Of a stretch of DNA of 64,000 nucleotides, positions 61,978-64,000 are shown one piece after another. The translations under genes were made by a program, and so were the position numbers. Origin of the DNA: Bryobacteraceae bacterium (GTDB taxonomy: Bacteria; Acidobacteriota; Terriglobia; Bryobacterales; Bryobacteraceae). The first letter of the stretch is position 1, and every line of letters starts with the position of its first letter. The notes beneath the pieces were generated by a model. That model was not told where the DNA came from. It saw nothing but the letters and a program-made list of their open reading frames with translations, and ran no database searches. The stretch is taken from assembly GCA_013388415.1 (NCBI GenBank), contig JACADU010000268.1:2901-66900 (forward strand), read 5' to 3'.

Positions 61978-64000
61978 TCACTTCGAGTGGCTCGCCCGAG
62001 CGTTAAAGCCGCCGATCTCGAGCCTCGGGCTTTCGCCCCGGCAATCCGTCTCGTTCATCTCGATGCGGACGCTCTTGCTTTCGCCTGGCATGAGCGCAAA
62101 GTAGTTCTCGCTGAACAGGGCGGGCAGGATCCTGTCGCCCGCTCGACTGCGAACCGGTTTCAGCCGAACCATCAGCGCCGGAGTCTTCGACGAGTTCTGG
62201 AGTTCCACGGCAAGAACCCACTTGCCGCCGGCTTTGGATGCCTTGACCCTGGCGTCCAATTCCACGACCGGCAGTTGCCGCAGCGCAATGAAATCGCCAT
62301 CCGTCACGCCGCGCCAGTAGAAGTTCTCGCTGAGAACCCTCTGCCCCTCGCTCAACGTCAGCCTGATGAAATGCACCGGCGTGACAGCCGCAGGCCATTC
62401 CAGCGTGACCGGCGCGCCTACCGTATCCTCAGCGCTATCGAGAATCGCCGATTTCTCCCACTGCCGCGAGCCGTCCATATTGAGGATCTCGGCCTTCGCG
62501 CGCAGTCCTGTCTTCTGTCCGGCGCTGTAGTTGACCACCTCGACCGTATCGTTGAGCGGGTTCCACTGGATGTGCAGCGGCTCGGAAGCTTTTTTTGCGG
62601 CGAAATAGGCCGCCGTCGGCTCGAAGTAGTAGTCGTAGGTCTGCCATACGAAGGACGGCCACGCCGGATGGCTCATCCAGATGAGCAAACCCATGCGGTT
62701 TTTGCTCTGCGCTTCAAACATGGCCCGGTAGCCCTCGTAATTGATGAACTGCGCGAGCGTGAGCCACTCTTCCGCGCTCTTCGCGCCGCCGTAGCTCTTG
62801 TCGAGGCGCTCGATGAAGCTCGCCCCGCCTTGCGCGCCGTTCAGGCAGAAATCGTGCAATCCCCACACCGCCCCCTGCGGCCAGAAGGCGTCTTCCGGCA
62901 TCATCTGCCGGAGACTTTCGAACGTCACGGGGTTCGGCATGCCCATCTCGCTGTGGAACTTGGGCGTCGCCCGCTGCTCGAAATAGTGCTTGACGGGCAT
63001 TGCCCGGTATGGTCCATGCCCGCTCACCACGTCGTCGGCCGAACTCGAAATGTAGTGCAATCCGGGATGCAGTTCCGCCAGCAGCCTCCGGATACCGTCG
63101 TCCAAGGGCTTTGGCGGATAGCCCTCATTCCGCCCGCAATACAATCCAACCGAAGCGTGGTTGCGGATTCGCAGGATCGTGTCGCGCGCGTTGGAGAGGA
63201 ACAGCGCATGGTCGTCCGGATTCGGCCCATCGACCGGGTTGGCCAGCCAGAAGTCCTGCCAGAGGACGACCCCGTGCCGGTCGCAGGCTTCGTAAAGCTC
63301 GTCCTCGCCGATCTGTCCCACCCAATTCCGGATCATGGTGAAGTTCATATCGCGGTGGTAGCGTACCGCGGTGTCGTATTCCCGCCCGCGATACCTCAGC
63401 ATTGACTCGCTGAAACCCCAGTTGCCCCCGCGAGGAATAAAGCGCCGGCCATTGATCCACATGCGCAGCGCCCCTCCATCTTCGCTGTAGGCGAACTGCC
63501 TGATTCCCGCGAGGAAGCTCCTGGAATCCGACACCGTCCCACCGGCTTCGAACCGGATGTCCACGGGATAGAGATTGGGTTCTCCATAGCCCACAGGCCA
63601 CCAGAGCTTGGAGTCTCTGAGCTTGATGGTCTCGATCTTGACAGTCTTTGCCGATGAAGCCTCAAGGGCGATTTTTTGTTGGAAGACGGCGTCGCCGAAG
63701 CGCCCTCGCAACGTCCCCTCAGCCGGTCTGGGCTCGTGGTTCCTGAGCGTCACCTCGATTTCCACGTTGGCGCTCGATGTGTCCGGCAGCGGCAGTTTCG
63801 TCTGAACAAACGGATCCTCGACCGTCACCGATCCGGTCGCCGTGAGCCAGACGTCGTTCCAGATCCCGGTGTTCCGCCCGCGGATTGTCGGGATCCAGTC
63901 CCACCCGATGGAGGCATGGAAAGTCGGATTGTCGGCGCCAAGCGCCCCGCCGTTTTTGTCTGGATGCTGATAGGTCTTTTCGCGCACAGTCCCCGGAGTG
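61978..64000 (-). CDS. GH2-family glycosidase (exo-beta-D-glucosaminidase/beta-mannosidase-like), N-terminus outside window
   Basis: FTMIRNWVGQIGEDELYEACDRHGVVLWQDFW, CGRNEGYPP (acid/base Glu) and FHSEMGMPN (nucleophile Glu). The frame remains open to base 64000. Confidence 0.8.
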   Translation of the reverse strand, partial: TPGTVREKTYQHPDKNGGALGADNPTFHASIGWDWIPTIRGRNTGIWNDVWLTATGSVTVEDPFVQTKLPLPDTSSANVEIEVTLRNHEPRPAEGTLRGRFGDAVFQQKIALEASSAKTVKIETIKLRDSKLWWPVGYGEPNLYPVDIRFEAGGTVSDSRSFLAGIRQFAYSEDGGALRMWINGRRFIPRGGNWGFSESMLRYRGREYDTAVRYHRDMNFTMIRNWVGQIGEDELYEACDRHGVVLWQDFWLANPVDGPNPDDHALFLSNARDTILRIRNHASVGLYCGRNEGYPPKPLDDGIRRLLAELHPGLHYISSSADDVVSGHGPYRAMPVKHYFEQRATPKFHSEMGMPNPVTFESLRQMMPEDAFWPQGAVWGLHDFCLNGAQGGASFIERLDKSYGGAKSAEEWLTLAQFINYEGYRAMFEAQSKNRMGLLIWMSHPAWPSFVWQTYDYYFEPTAAYFAAKKASEPLHIQWNPLNDTVEVVNYSAGQKTGLRAKAEILNMDGSRQWEKSAILDSAEDTVGAPVTLEWPAAVTPVHFIRLTLSEGQRVLSENFYWRGVTDGDFIALRQLPVVELDARVKASKAGGKWVLAVELQNSSKTPALMVRLKPVRSRAGDRILPALFSENYFALMPGESKSVRIEMNETDCRGESPRLEIGGFNARASHSK

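Noticed and set aside
1-64000. Search for mobile elements, prophage, CRISPR arrays, and rRNA or tRNA genes.
   Set aside because: I recognised no transposase, integrase, phage structural gene, repeat-spacer array or RNA gene signature. The lone excisionase-like HTH and the 44-bp direct repeat are insufficient to call a mobile element.

Overview
This is a GC-rich bacterial chromosomal segment with about 62 protein-coding genes. I recognised no rRNA, tRNA, CRISPR array, transposase or integrase. The gene content suggests an Acidobacteriota-like soil bacterium: a PEP-CTERM protein, Tat-signal Gfo/Idh/MocA oxidoreductases, a sulfatase, GH29/GH88/GH2 enzymes and HEAT/zf-HC2 anti-sigma factors. This taxon call is inference only.

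Layout:
- 1-20 kb: mixed accessory and metabolic genes. They include a phosphoesterase, a large multidomain SF1 helicase, a secreted kinase-like protein, a fucosidase, an HxlR/DJ-1/NADP-reductase trio, oxidoreductase plus hydrolase pairs, a PEP-CTERM gene fragment, an AAA+/DUF4143 ATPase, a sulfatase and an orphan nuoB.
- 20.6-38.4 kb: a partial flagellar regulon. It runs flaG-fliS, then flgJ(N)-flgI-flgH-flgA-flgG-flgF on the minus strand, then fliK-flgD-flgE-fliN-fliOPQR-flhBAF-fliA-fliN-like-DUF2802-like on the plus strand. Many gene junctions are ATGA-type translational overlaps. I read two divergent sigma54 promoters and two sigma28-like promoters directly from the sequence.
- 38.4-64 kb: an ECF sigma/anti-sigma/DUF4097/PDZ operon, rpsA, a histidine kinase plus receiver-less wHTH plus NtrC-type activator, galT, GH88, CDGSH, plsC, an S41 peptidase, a signal-less metzincin-like protein, rpsT, DinB, a giant MscK-like channel and a partial GH2.

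I do not see an unambiguous new multi-gene system. The best leads are:
- the stand-alone helicase with a RelE/ParE-like N-terminus and an H1-like tail;
- the AAA+/nuclease-like ATPase behind a tandemly duplicated palindromic promoter, next to a 44-bp-repeat insertion scar;
- the sigma54 regulatory architecture of the flagellar operons together with the three-part signalling module;
- the signal-less metzincin-like protein.

All functional calls come from motif recognition by eye, not from database searches.
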